Shown here piece by piece: positions 25,151-37,752 of a DNA stretch of 64,000 bases. A program made the translations under genes and the position numbers. Positions within the stretch are counted from its first letter, which is position 1; each line of letters opens with the position of its first letter. Under the pieces are notes generated by a model that was not told where the DNA came from, searched no databases, and saw only the letters and a program-made list of their open reading frames with translations. Source of the DNA: Octopus sinensis (Eukaryota); the NCBI RefSeq assembly GCF_006345805.1, contig NC_043013.1:41974001-42038000 (forward strand), written 5' to 3'.

Positions 25151-26033
25151 GCTGGTTGTCTATAGTAGTGGTTGTGGGGGTGATGGTGGTGGTGGTAGTC
25201 CCTTCTGTTATAGGGACAAGGATTACATATATACGACAGGCTTCTTTCAGTTTCCGTGTACCAAATTCACTCACAAGGCTTTGGTCGACCCAAGGCTATA
25301 GTAGAAGACACTTGCCCAAGGTGCCACACAGTGGGACTGAACCCAGAACCATGTGGTTGGTAAGCAAGCTACTTACCACACAGCCACTACACACACCATA
25401 TTTTAACATGTATAAGGGACCCATTTTTGTCAAAAATTAGGTTAAAAAAATAGGGGTGGGGGTTCTTATACATGGATAGTATTATAATCCCTTACAAAAC
25501 CTTTTTTCCAAATTTTAAGCCCAAAAAATTAGGGGGTTCCTTATACACGTTAAGATACGGTATATACAGAATGACCTTCCACACAATTTCTGCCTATCAA
25601 ATGCATTCACAAGACACCGGTTAGCCCAGAGCAATAGCAGAAGACACTTGCTCAAGGTGCCATGCAGTGAGACTGAACCTGCACAATCTGGCTGCAAAAT
25701 GATCTTTTAACCACACAGCCATGTGTCGTCATTGTAGTAGTAGTAGTAATAGTAGTAGAAATAACAGTATTGGTTTCAAATTTTGGTACAAGCCCAGCAA
25801 TTTTGGAGGAGGGGGTAAATTGATTACATCAATCCCAGTATGCAACTGGTACTTATTTTATCAACCCCAAAACAGATGAATGGCAATGTCGACCTCGGTG
25901 GAATTTGAACTCAGAACGTGCAGACAGATGAAATACTGTTAAGCATTCCACTGCCCAGCATGTTAGTGATTCCGCCAGCCCGATCATAGCCACAGGGACG
26001 TAGATTAGCAATTTTTACTTTTTTTTTGTTACC

Positions 26034-26447
26034 GCGCAGGAGTGGCTGTGTGGTAAGTAGCTTGTTTACCAACCACATGGTTCTGGGTTCAGTCCCACTG
26101 CATGGCACCATGGGCAAGTGTCTTCTACTATAGCCTTGGGCCAACCAAAGCCTTGTGAGTGGATTTGGTAGACGGAAACTGAAAGAAGCCCATCGTATAT
26201 ATGTATATATGTATATATATATATATGTGTGTGTGTGTTTGTGTGTCTGTGTTTGTCCCCCTAGCATTGCTTGACAACCGATGCTGGTGTGTTTATGTCC
26301 CTGTTACTTAGCGGTTCAGCAAAAGAGACTGATAGAATAAGTACTGGGCTTACAAAGAATAAGTGCCGGGGTCAAGTTGCTTGATTAAAGGCGGTGCTCC
26401 AGCATGGCCGCAGTCAAATGACTGAAACAAGTAAAAGAGTAAAAGAG
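26034..26447 (+). mobile_element. SINE family A, reference-like full copy
   Basis: A-box TGGCTGTGTGG, B-box GGTTCAGTCCC, CORE-like segment, (TA)n(TG)n, tail AAACAAGTAAAAGAGTAAAAGAG. Confidence 0.92.
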
Positions 26448-26479
26448 ATTATCAGTTCCTGGATATAGTGACCGCAGTT

Positions 26480-27460
26480 AAACTATGGCATGGCGTCAGC
26501 AGCAGCGGCAGCAACAAGAGCAGCAGTGATAGTAGTAGTGAGAATAAGGTGACTGATGATGCTGTGGTGATGATATTGATAGGATGGTGTGATGCGGTGC
26601 ACTGATGACAGTGTGGCGTTGACGGTGGGGAGAATGCAAGGGGGAGGGGAGCAGCAATGTTAATGTTTTAATAGTGGTGTGGTGACGGCGGGGTGGGTGG
26701 GGGTGGCGGAATTTGGTGGTAGGCAGGCGGGTGCTGCTGCAGGGAGAGGACTAAGTGGGTGGGTGCTTTTATGATGACAGTGGTTGATTGTGTTGCAATG
26801 ACACAAGGTGTGGTGACCGGGTGGTGTGATGATGGTGTCACGGGTAGAGAGGTGTTGATGTTTTGACAGCAGTGTGGTGTGGTGTGGTGTAGTGTGGTGT
26901 GGTGTGGTAGCAGAAGCTATGTTGTCTGTTGTGTGTGTGTGGTGGCAGTGACATGGTGGTGGTGGTGATGATGATGGTCTTGGCAGTGCTGTAGCTGAAG
27001 CTGTTGGTCTTTCGACAGTGATTTTGGTGATGGTGCTAGTGGTCTTGGTCGTGGTGGCAGGAGCAGTGTTCGTAGCAGTGGTGGTGGTGAGGCTCTTGGT
27101 GTTTTGACAGTGACGTAGTGACGGTGGCAGTAGTACTGGTGGTTGTGGAGGAGGTGGTAGTGGTAGCAGTGTTGGTTGGTAGCAGTGGCAGTAATGGTGA
27201 TGCAGTAGCCTTTTGACAGTGTTGATGGTGCCAGCAGCATCAGTGGTGGTGGTGGTGGTTATGGTAGTGGTTGCAGTGGTAGTGGTTGTGGTGGAGGTGA
27301 AAGCAGTGGTGGTTATGGTAGTGGGTGAAGTGGTGGTGGTGGTGGTGGTGGTGGTTATTGTAGTGGTGATGGTGGAGGCTGTGGTGGTGGTGATGGTGGC
27401 ATTGATGTGGATTATGGTGACAATTGTAGTTTGATATGGGTATAGTATGGTTAGTAGTGG
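26480..27460. repeat. GTG/GGT-rich cryptic trinucleotide low-complexity tract
   Basis: Direct reading; the poly-T, poly-H and poly-V ORFs here are artefacts. Confidence 0.85.
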
Positions 27461-27517
27461 GAATGGCAAGTGGGTGTGGTTCTTCTGATGAGGGTGAGGA
27501 TGGTGGCATTGTGATAT

Positions 27518-27557
<40 letters not shown>

Positions 27558-28175
27558 TGGAGGTTTACTGAGTGAGGGATAGGAGTGACAAAATGAGTAG
27601 AACTGGGGTAAGGTGAAGAGGAAGAAGGGGGTAATTTGTTCCATATTATTTTGATATGGTCACATCCTGCTTTCTCATAAAATAAAAGTTCTCATCACTT
27701 CCTCTCACCCTGTTGTTTAATAATGCTGTTGTTGTTGTTGCTCCCCCAAGTCAACCCAACATGTGCCCCTCTGATCAAAGACATGACCATCCCACTGTGT
27801 CTTTTTGAGAATTTATTGTTTGTTTCTCTTAAGAGAATAGTTTATGCAAGGGAGATTTTGTTGCTATTTCTAGCAGTCCAAGTAACCATGTAGAGTTTCC
27901 TTCCAGTGTTGATACTGGCTACTGTGTCTACATCAGACTGCTCTGGACTCCTAATATTTTTTTGTGGCAGCGAGGTCAGTTTTACCTTTCATCCATTTTG
28001 GGTCAATAAAATAAGTACAAATTGACCACTGGGTCCATGTAATCAAATTAACCCCTTCACCCCTGAGCTTACTTTCCGTTCTTTACTTTCTGAGTTGAAA
28101 TTCCGCTGAGGTCAACTTTGCTTTCCATCCTTTTGAGGTCGATAAAATAAGTACCAGTTGAACACTGGGGTTGAT

Positions 28176-28348
28176 ATTATTTACATTATTTACATTAGAC
28201 GGATATGTGTCTTCATCTTGTTTGTTGTTACTACAATGTTTCGGCCGATTTACTCTCCAGCCTTCATCAGGTGTCCTGGAAGAATTTTGAACCCTGCCCT
28301 GGGTTCTCATTCCTAAGGTATTTTTGCTGATGTTATTATTATTATTTA
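28176..28348 (-). mobile_element. Headless copy of the hammerhead-tailed element seen at 51901-52174
   Basis: AAAATACCTTAGGAATGAGAACCCAG..GACACCTGATGAAGGCTGGAG..GATGA.GACA.ATATCCGTC.AATGTAAATAATGT shared with that copy. Confidence 0.8.
28230..28275 (-). ncRNA. Minimal type-I hammerhead motif (degenerate)
   Basis: GACAC CUGAUGA A GGCUG..CGGCC GAAAC AUU GUAGU. Confidence 0.55.
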
Positions 28349-28747
28349 ATAAGTTACTGGGATATAAACAAACTAACACCAGTTGTCAAGTGATGGTGAT
28401 AGTGGGGGGCAAACACACTCACACACACACATACACATGTGACAGGCTTCCATACAGTTTCCATCTACTACATTTGCTCACAAGACACTGGTCAGTTCAG
28501 GGCTATAGTAGAAGTCACCTGCCCAAGGTGTCGCACGGTGGGACTGAACTCGGAACCATGTAGCTTCAAAGTGAGCTTCTTAACCACATGCAAGCCTAAA
28601 GATTAATACAGATAGAGGTAAGGGGAAGAAAAATAACTACTTCACTCAGGGACCAGCTGTGTCTTTTGCTGAACCGCTAAGTTACGGGGACGTAAACTCA
28701 CCAGCATCAGTTGTCAAGCAACGTTGAGGGGACACACAGACACACAA

Positions 28748-28778
<31 letters not shown>

Positions 28779-28877
28779 CATGCACACACACACACATGCA
28801 CACACACACACACACCACACACACACACACACACACATGCACACACACACACATGCACACACACACACACACACACA

Positions 28878-28931
<54 letters not shown>

Positions 28932-28934
<3 letters not shown>

Positions 28935-29160
28935 CGAGTTGGCAGAAACGTTATCACGCCAGGCGAAATGCGTAGCCGTATTTAGTCTGCCATTACGTTC
29001 TGAGTTCAAATTCCGCCGAGGTTGACTTTGCCTTTCATCCTTTCGGGGTCGATAAATTAAGTACCAGTTTCGCACTGGGGTTGATGTAATCGACTTAATC
29101 CGTTTGTCTGTCCTTGTTTGTCCCCTCTGTGTTTAGCCCCTTGTGGGTAGTAAAGAAATA
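28932..29160 (+). mobile_element. SINE family B, near-intact
   Basis: CpG-rich copy nearly identical to 36536-36770 and 53778-54006. Confidence 0.92.
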
Positions 29161-29176
29161 TATATATATTCTCTAA

Positions 29177-30265
29177 TTTCACTGGTCCACTCCTGAACCA
29201 TATGGTCGTTATATTGACGACATTATCGGTGCCACCTCACTCTCCCGCGAACATCTAGATTCCTTCCTCTCTTTCGTCCAATCTTTCCATCCAGCCCTCC
29301 ACTTCACTTCCACTATCTCCAACACCTCTGTCTCCTTCCTCAACATTTCGGTTAGCATTCTTCACTCCACTCTTACCACCTCCATTCACTACAAACACAC
29401 AGACTCACACTCATACCTCAACTTCTCTTCCTCCCACCCAGAACACACCAAGCTTTCCATCCCCTATTCCCAATTCCTCCGTCTACGTAGGCTCTGTAGT
29501 GACGACCATGACTTTGAGACTCAGTCTCAACGTATGGCTCACCACTTCACCCTACATGGATACCCCCTCACCACTATCCACACCGCCCTTGCCAGAGCAC
29601 GGTCCTTGGACCGTGTATCTGCTCTCTCTCCCCGAACCTGCCCTGTAGTCTCCCGCCTCCCTTTTCCCCTCACTTACCACCGCACGACCCTACGTCTCCA
29701 ACGCACCATTCTTCGAGCTTTCCGTCATCTCCAGTCCGACCCGTCCACTTCACACCTCTTCCCTAACCGACCCCTCCCCTCTTTCAAACGAGCCCACAAC
29801 CTTCGAGACCTTTTGGTCCATAGCTCCTTCCCTGACCCTACCTCCCAACCCGGCTCGTTCCCCTGCTCCCGCCCACGTTGCCACACTTGCCCTTACCTCT
29901 CCAACACCACCCGCCTCACTAGCACCCACCATCGACCCTATCCCATCATCCACTCCTTCACCTGCACCTCCAGCAATATTATCTATTGCATCTCTTGCTC
30001 TCTCTGCAATTCCTTGTACATCGGACAAAAGGGACGCCGCTTGGCTGACCGGTTCGCGGAACACCTTCGTGACATCCACCTTGCGAACGACACACGGTCT
30101 CACGCCATTTCCGCTCCACCGGTCACTCCTTGCAACACCTATCTGTGTTCGGTTGTCCTTACACAGAGGCCATCCGGATTCCCGTTTGCGCCTGAACAGG
30201 AATTAATCTTCTCTCTTCGCTCTTATACGCCATTTGGTCTCAACTCTCCCCCCCTCCTCATCTAA
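29177..30265 (+). pseudogene. Penelope-like RT/GIY-YIG ORF remnant
   Basis: Open in frame 2 but lacking the N-terminus; the expected PVSRHF..GHS segment after ~30094 sits in another frame, implying compensating frameshifts. Confidence 0.85.
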
Positions 30266-31048
30266 CCCCCCTCCCCCCTCCTAATCTATCCTTTCTCCCC
30301 GACCCCTACTTCTTCAGTCCTTCATCCTTTCACCCCTACTCCCCTTCCCTTCTTCCCTCTTTCTCCCTCCTTCCTTCTCCCTACTTGCTCCTCTTCACCC
30401 TTCCTTCTCCCCAATCTCTCCTCTCCCCCTTCTCTCCTCCTCTTCTCCTCCCTTCTACACCCTCTTCTCCCTTCTCCCCCTCTTCTCCCCCTCCCCCTCT
30501 TCTCCTCACTACACACATGACTTTACAATCACATCACATATGATGTGCCATACTAATACACACACCAACTAATACATACTAATACATACTAATACATACT
30601 AGTACATACTAATACTTACACCAACCCTATACATACACACGTCCAGACCCCGCATACGCACTTATACTCTCTCACACACACACACACCTATACATACCAA
30701 TACGTACTAATACATACTAATACATACTAATACTACACCAACCCCATACATACGCACGTCCAGACCAATCCTACGCACTAATACTCTCTCATACACACAC
30801 ACACACACACCCTTATACATACTAATACATACACCAACCCTATACATACACACATCCAGACCCTCCCACGCACTTTTAGCTGGTCCCTCAACCTTTTTAT
30901 CAACCCTATTATCTCCCCCTTATTTCGCTCTCGCGTCTCATGTTTGATCTTTGACCTCTGGCCGAAATCAGATCGCCATGTTGATTCGTTAGCTACTGCA
31001 CGCATTTTTTTTCTCTCCTTCTTTCTGTGTTTTTCTCTCTCTGGTGTA

Positions 31049-31086
31049 TCTTTCTGTTGAAGAGCATAGGCTCGAAACGTTAAAGA
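31049..31086 (+). ncRNA. Minimal type-I hammerhead motif with CUGUUGA core variant
   Basis: UCUUU CUGUUGA A GAGC auag GCUC GAAAC GUU AAAGA: stems I and II pair perfectly and stem III is palindromic (AACGUU). Confidence 0.65.
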
Positions 31087-31423
31087 CTTGTTTTATTTAT
31101 ATTTCCTGAGCGCCATACTAATACAATTGTTCGTTTGTTTTCCACCTGCCTTCGTCTTTTGTTTATTTTCATAAAGCTTCCCGTTATATATATATTATAT
31201 ATATATATATATATGTATATATTACAATAGGCTTCTTTCAGTTTCCGTCTACCAAATCCAGGGGCGTTAATGATTTTTAGAAGATCAAAAAGCAGAGGAA
31301 GGATTCGAGAAATAATGATCCAGAGACCATTGATCAAACAGAGACAAGTGGTAACAGAATATGTTGTTGGTGTGACTTGTATCGTAGTGGTACCGGAAGG
31401 CAAAGAACTTGGCAGCAGAGAGA

Positions 31424-31458
<35 letters not shown>

Positions 31459-31929
31459 TAGATGGTGGTGATGGGGGTTCACATAAAGGTTTCTGATCCG
31501 CCTCTCATACTCCAGTGCGAATGTGCACGCCATGTCGCCCACGCCCCTCGCCACTCCTCTACATATTTTCAGCCACCTAACTCATTATTAAGCCGCCTCT
31601 GTTCTTTCACTCCACCTCCTCCTCTCACCACTTACACCCCCTTTTCCCCCTCTACTCCCTTACCCCACACTTTCCGCTCTGCACATGTACCAAGTGAATG
31701 TTTGCAGTTGTCATTTTTTTTTAATTTTATGTAAAATACTCTTTTTTAAACTCATTTCCATACATAAATAAATAAAATTCGACGCACAAAGAATAACACA
31801 CACAAAACAATAACAAAAGTATAACAATTGTATACTACTACTACTACTACTATTACTACTACTACTACTACTACATAGTAGCAGTAAAGTTTATTTTAGT
31901 GCAAAACACTATATATATATATAATGTTT

Positions 31930-32152
31930 ATTCTTTTACTTGTTTCAGTCATTTGACTTTGGCCATGCTGGAGCACTGCCTTTAGTCGAACAAATCAACA
32001 CCAAGACTTATTCTTTGTAAGCCTAGTACTTATATTATCGGTCTCTTTTGCCAAACTGCTAAGTTACGGGGGATGTACCCACACCAGCATCAGTTATCGG
32101 GTGATGGTGGGAGGACAAACACAGACACACAAGCATACAAACACACACACAG

Positions 32153-32195
<43 letters not shown>

Positions 32196-32316
32196 ATATA
32201 TATATATATATGACAGTTTCCGTCTACCAAATCCACTCACAAGGTGCCATGCAGTAGAACTGAACCTGGAACTATGTGGTTGGTAAGCAAGCTACTTACC
32301 ACACAGCCACTCCTGT
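31930..32316 (-). mobile_element. SINE family A
   Basis: Reverse complement of the family A layout. Confidence 0.85.
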
Positions 32317-32317
32317 A

Positions 32318-32367
<50 letters not shown>

Positions 32368-33261
32368 TATATTACAATATGAAATTAAGTATTCATGACT
32401 TGCCATATACCACCAACACCACTACTAATACCATCATCATTATAATCATCATTTACACTGTTATACTACCTGCTGCATGTGGACCAAGAAAGGAGCTTCC
32501 ACTTACTATAAATAGCAGTAATATCATTCTAAAGTCACACCCTACCATTATAATAAAGGAAGGATACAATAGATAATGTTGTCCTAGATATATCTCATTG
32601 TTGAATGAATGGTTTGATGGTCATGCTTGGAACAACGTTGATCAAATAGACATACTTAATCGCAGCTGATCTTGAGATAATTAACAGCAATAGTAACAAC
32701 GGGTGGGTACATTGGATAATGTAGTCCTAGGTGCACTATGCTTGCTGAAAGGTGTATCATACCTTTGATTATGGCCTTGCTAGATCATAATACATATTTG
32801 TTTACATTGATTCGAATTAATCATGCATTATTTCATAGCTTTGGGATTTCAATGACATGACTGCTTATATTTTGAATGACATTGTTGGGTAGGTGTGAGA
32901 GGCAAGGTCTGGCCAGTTTGTATAGTAAACAGGTAGAATATATTTATTAATAATGCCTCGTGAAATACGTCTTTTATATGTATCTATAACCACATTGTTC
33001 AAAATAGGTTTTGCAGTGCAAATGTTGGCAACTGTGATGTTCTAGAATTCTGAAAAAAAATATTATTCCCCCTCACTGCAAAATGTTCCCCCACACATAT
33101 CAATTCTGCATTCCCACCTTGGACCCCACTTTGCTGGCAGTCCCTCTTACTCAGGTATTTGAAATAAGGAATCCCCATCTCTTACTCGTATTCTGCGGTT
33201 TTGTTTTATCTTTATCACTGCAGCCACAAACCCACTGGTCTGTTTAAACGCTAAAATGTTA

Positions 33262-33478
33262 CCCTTTAGCATTCAGTTTACTCAGTCAAATGTGATGCCT
33301 ATTTGTTCACGTTATTTTGAATTAATCTTATATGATCTTATAGCACTGAAATTTTGATCCAGTTGTTTATTTTTAGACTGACATTGTAGTGTAGGTGTGA
33401 GAGGTTGGATCTGTCCTGTTTGAACATAAACCAAATAAGATATTTTGACCAGATATGGCTGGTTTATGTGCTAAAGGG
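33262..33478. mobile_element. piggyBac-like MITE (~217 bp)
   Basis: TIRs CCCTTTAGCA/TGCTAAAGGG flanked by TTA(A)-like sites. Confidence 0.75.
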
Positions 33479-34379
33479 TTTATCATAGATTTGCTTGATC
33501 AAAGCTACTCTGGAGCCAAACGACCTCTGTTGTGAAGAGAAAGAAAGAGATAGAGTGTAATAGTGTTTTTTTTGTTCTTTGCTGTTTCATCACCCACCAT
33601 TCTAACATGGCTTTCCCTATAACTGACATGCTCATACAACATCAACTAGAAAAATCACAGTGGCTATGTGGTTAAGCTGCTCACTTCAGAACCGCATAAT
33701 TTGGGGTTCAATCCTACTGCACGGTACTTTCTTAGGCAAGTGTCTCCTACTATAGCCTCAAGCCAACCAATGCCTTGTGAGTGAATCTGGGTGCCTAAAA
33801 CTTAAAGAAGCCTTTGATGTGCGTGCATGTGTGTGTGTGTACACATGTATTTTTTTATATTTTTAGTCAACAAAAAATGCAAAGAAGATCAAGAACCAAG
33901 AATTTCATAAATGATACTTAGCTTGGTGTCTTGCACAAAACTCTCGGGTCTTGAGTCACTTTGTAACTTCAGCCAATTAAAAATTGGAAAAAAGGAAAAG
34001 GATACACACACACACACACACACACATACACACACATGTTGTGTCTGGAGTTCTTTTTTCCTGTTTGTATTAACTGACATACGTATATGTGTGTGTGTGA
34101 CGCTTTGTGTTTGTCCCTTCACAGCTTTACAACCAGTGTCGGTCTGCTTACATCCCTATAACTGAGTATTTTCACATAAATTAAAACATTACATAAAAAA
34201 AAATTCATGTCAATTTATGTTTCAAACATCAGATGAACAACAAAATTAATTATATTAAATTTGCGATTATTTTCAAAATTAAATTTAAAAGCAGTATATT
34301 TCAGTCGAGTATGATAACAAAAGGGTCAAGTACCCAACTCACCCCTAATGTCATGACAACACACCATGACTCATTTGAG

Positions 34380-34709
34380 CAGGGGTTCTCAACCACTTTT
34401 TATCTATGGACCCCTTTGATTACTATTTTATTCTGGTGGACCCCTGTAGCCATTTGATGCTTAAAAACAAGTTTTATAGAAACTTCTTTCCAAATTCCTA
34501 TTTTGTTTTCCACATATTAACTTATGTAGGTTGAACTATGGAAAATGTTGGAGAAAGAAACCCAGCTGTTTCTTGCAATATATACCAATACATACAACTA
34601 AAGCAGAATATTTTCAGGGGCCCTTAAAATACTTTTGTAGATTCCCAATTTACTAATTTGTTGCGTGGACACCCAAAGATCTTATATGGACCCCGGTTGA
34701 GGACCATTG
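34380..34709. mobile_element. hAT/Charlie-like MITE
   Basis: CAGGGGTTCTCAACC and GGTTGAGGACCATTG inverted ends; TSD imperfect. Confidence 0.7.
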
Positions 34710-35050
34710 ATTTAAGGGTTGAGGGTTCAAGGGCATAAAAGGAGGACAATACTCCCTTCTAAAATGTGAGTAGTTTTGTGGCTCCTCCTCTACAGGAAGA
34801 AATTCATTTTGCTCTGGCCCCTCTTTTGCCCCTCATCTCCTAGCATAAAGTTGCCCCCAGAAACAACCACCAGGATTTGTAGTTTTGCAAATGTAGGTGG
34901 CATGATAGCAGCACCACATTATACTCTAAAGTGGTCGGTGTTAGGAAGAGTATCCAGCCATAGAAACCATGATAAAGCAGATACTGGAGCATGACGAAGT
35001 CCTTAGGTCCATTGGATCTTTCAAATCATTCAATCCATGTCAGCAGGGAA

Positions 35051-36453
35051 CATCATCATCATCATCATCGTCGTTTAACGTCCGTTCTCCATGCTAGCAT
35101 GGGTTGGACGGTTCGACCGGGGTTCTGGGAAGCCAGAAGGCTGCACCAGGCTCCAGTCTAATTTGGCAATGTTTCTACAGCTGGATGCCCTTCCTAACGC
35201 CAACCACTCCGTGAGTGTAGTGGGTGCTTTTTACGTGCCACCTGCACAGGTGCCAGGCGGGGCTGGCAACGGCCACGGTCAGATTGGTGTATTTTATGTG
35301 CCACCGGCACGGAAGCCAGTCGAGGCGGTGCTGGCATCGGCCACGAGTCGGATAGTGCTTTTTACGTACCACCAGACCAGGGATCCTGGCTGGTTCAATT
35401 CGATTTCGATTTCGCTTGCCCCAACATGTCTTCACAAGCAAAGGGGGTTGGCAAGGGTGCCTGTCGTACGGTCGCATTGGAGTATTTTACGTGCCACGGC
35501 CACGAGTCGGATAGTGCTTTTTACGTACCACCAGACCAGGGATCCTGGCTGGTTCAATTCGATTTCGATTTCGCTTGCCCCAACATGTCTTCACAAGCAA
35601 AGGGGGTTGGCATGGGTGCCTGTCGTATGGTCGCATTGGAGTATTTTACGTGCCACGGCCACGAGTCGGATAGTGCTTTTTACGTACCACCAGGCCAGGG
35701 ATCCTGGCTGGTTCAATTCGGTTTCGATCTCGATTTCGATTTCGCTTGCCCCAACATGTCTTCGCAAGCATGGGGGGTTGGCATGGGTGTCTGTCGTCGG
35801 ATGAGGTTCTATATCGACTTCGCTTGCCTCAACCGGTCTTTGTGTCCAAGGGAGGAAAGGCATTCATAAGTGGGCTGGGCTCACTTGTCCTGCCTGGTCT
35901 TCTCACGTACAGAATATTTCCAAAGGTCTCGGTCTCTGGTCATTTCCTCAGTGAGGCCTAAAGTTCGAAGGTCGTGCTTCACCACCTCGTCCCAGGTTTT
36001 CCTGGGTCTACCTCTTCCACGGGTTCCCTCAACTGCTAGGGATTGGCACTTTCTCACACACCTATCTTCATCCATTCTCGCCACATGACCATACCAGCGC
36101 AATCGTCTCTCTTGCACACCACAACTGATGCTTCTTAGGTACAACATTTCTCTCAAGGTGCTAACGCTCTGTCGAGTATGTACACTGACATTACACATCC
36201 ATCGGAGCATACTGGCTTCATTCCTCACGAGCTTACGCATGTCCTCAGCAGTCACAGCCCATGTTTTGCTGCCATGTAGCATGGCTGTTCGTACACACGC
36301 ATCATACAGTCTGCCTTTTACTCTGAGCGAGAGGCCTTTAGTCACCAGCAGAGGTAAGAGCTCCCTAAACTTTGCCCAGGCTATTCTTATTCTAGCAGTT
36401 ACACTTTCAGCGCACCCACCCCCACTACTGACTTGGTCACCTAGATAACGGAA
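35051..36453 (-). mobile_element. 5'-truncated RTE-clade LINE with complete 3' UTR and (GAT)n tail
   Basis: ORF2 C-terminus FRYLG..RLRWYGHVARM..GRGRPRKTW..RDRDLW; 3' UTR containing a 159-bp unit repeated ~2.8 times; CATCATCAT tail at 35051. Confidence 0.93.
35881..36453 (-). pseudogene. RTE LINE ORF2 C-terminal fragment
   Basis: YLG motif and conserved RTE C-terminal motifs, no internal stops; the first 12 aa of the track ORF come from a SINE tail. Confidence 0.88.
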
Positions 36454-36459
36454 TGAATA

Positions 36460-36915
36460 AATAATAATAATAATTTCAAATTTTGGCACAAGGCCAGCAA
36501 GTTCAGGGAGGGGTGCTAGTCGATTACATCTTCGAAAGGTGGCGAGCTGGCAGAATCATTAGCACGCCGGGTGAAATGCTTACCAGTATTTCGTCTGCCG
36601 CTGCGTTCTGAGTTCAAATTCCGCCGAGGTTGACTTTGCCTTTCATCCTTTCGGGGTCGATAAATTAAGTAGCAGTTACGCACTGGAGTCGATATAATCG
36701 ACTTAATCCGTTTGTCTGTCCTTGTTTGTCCTCTCTGTGTTTAGCCCCTTGTGGGTTGTAAAGAAATAGGTTACATTGACTCGAGTACATAACTGGTACT
36801 TAAGGATGAAAGGCAAAGTCGAACTCAGCAGAATTTAAACTCAGAACGTAAGGATGGATGAAATGTCACAAAGCAATTTGCTCAGCGTGCTAACAATTCT
36901 GCCAGCTCACTGCCT
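36460..36915. mobile_element. SINE family B (+36536-36770) nested in an older minus-strand family B copy
   Basis: Minus-strand tail at 36460-36530 and head at 36771-36915 flank the intact plus copy. Confidence 0.8.
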
Positions 36916-37429
36916 TGATGATGATAATAATAATAATGATGATGAGGAAGAGGAGAATAATGTCAGATGGGAAGGGCTGTTGTCATGAACCTTGTAGGAT
37001 CTCTGAGATTGATAGGGAGAGGGGACCTTAAACTGTATTAGTTTCTCAGTAAACAATACATGAAGATATTGAGTTTCGCTCAGCCTGGGGACCCTGGAAA
37101 CCCTGGAAACCCTAGAGATCTGACTCAAATGCTTATAACAAGAACAGGTCTTTGGTAAAATCACTGAAAGCTGTGCGGCAGTGTCGAGCCAGGAAAAAGG
37201 GGTTATATCTATTCAACCAAGACAATGCCCCCATTTACAGCAGGATTTGATTGAGATATTATTTGAGAATTAAGTGTTTTTGGCAAGGGTCATAAATGCA
37301 GCAATGGTGATGATGAGATAGAAACTGTAGACATTTTTTTCTGTCGTCTTATGTGTGCCAGTATTTCACCCTATTGTTTTGGCCAGTTGCCATTCTCTCA
37401 TTCTCGCTCCTTGTACAGCTCTGTAACAT

Positions 37430-37717
37430 TCTGTGTGTGAGTGTGTGTGTGTGTGTTCTGTGTGTGTGTGTGTGTGTATTCTGTGTGTGTGTTGTCTGTG
37501 TGTGTGTGTTGTCTGTCTGTGTGTGTGTGTTGTCTGTGTGTGTGTGTGTATATGTCGTCTGTGTGTATGTGTGTGTTGTCTGTGTGTGATCTGTGTGTGT
37601 TTGTGTGTGTTGTCAGTGTGTGTCGTCTGTGTGTGCACATTTGTGTATGTGCACATTCATGTGTGTATGTGCATATGTGCATGCTAGTGTGATTGTACAT
37701 GTGTGTTAGTGCATTTG

Positions 37718-37752
<35 letters not shown>

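Larger units (their letters stand above)
29163..31175 (+). mobile_element. 5'-truncated Penelope-like retroelement (RT C-terminal half, GIY-YIG endonuclease, 3' UTR with tandem repeats, hammerhead-bearing terminal repeat)
   Basis: Stop-free frame 29177-30265 with RYIDDI (YIDD at 29210-29221), HYKHTDSHSYL, IPYSQFLRLRRLCS, CSRPRCHTC, NIIYCISCSLCNSLYIGQ..RFAEH. Confidence 0.92.

Noticed and set aside
35091-35869. 237-aa and 147-aa ORFs with internal 53-aa repeats
   Set aside because: They are antisense to the RTE 3' UTR and reflect its 159-bp triplication.
37195-37245. Tc1-like LFNQDNAPIY motif
   Set aside because: It is too short and has no TIRs or other transposase motifs in frame.
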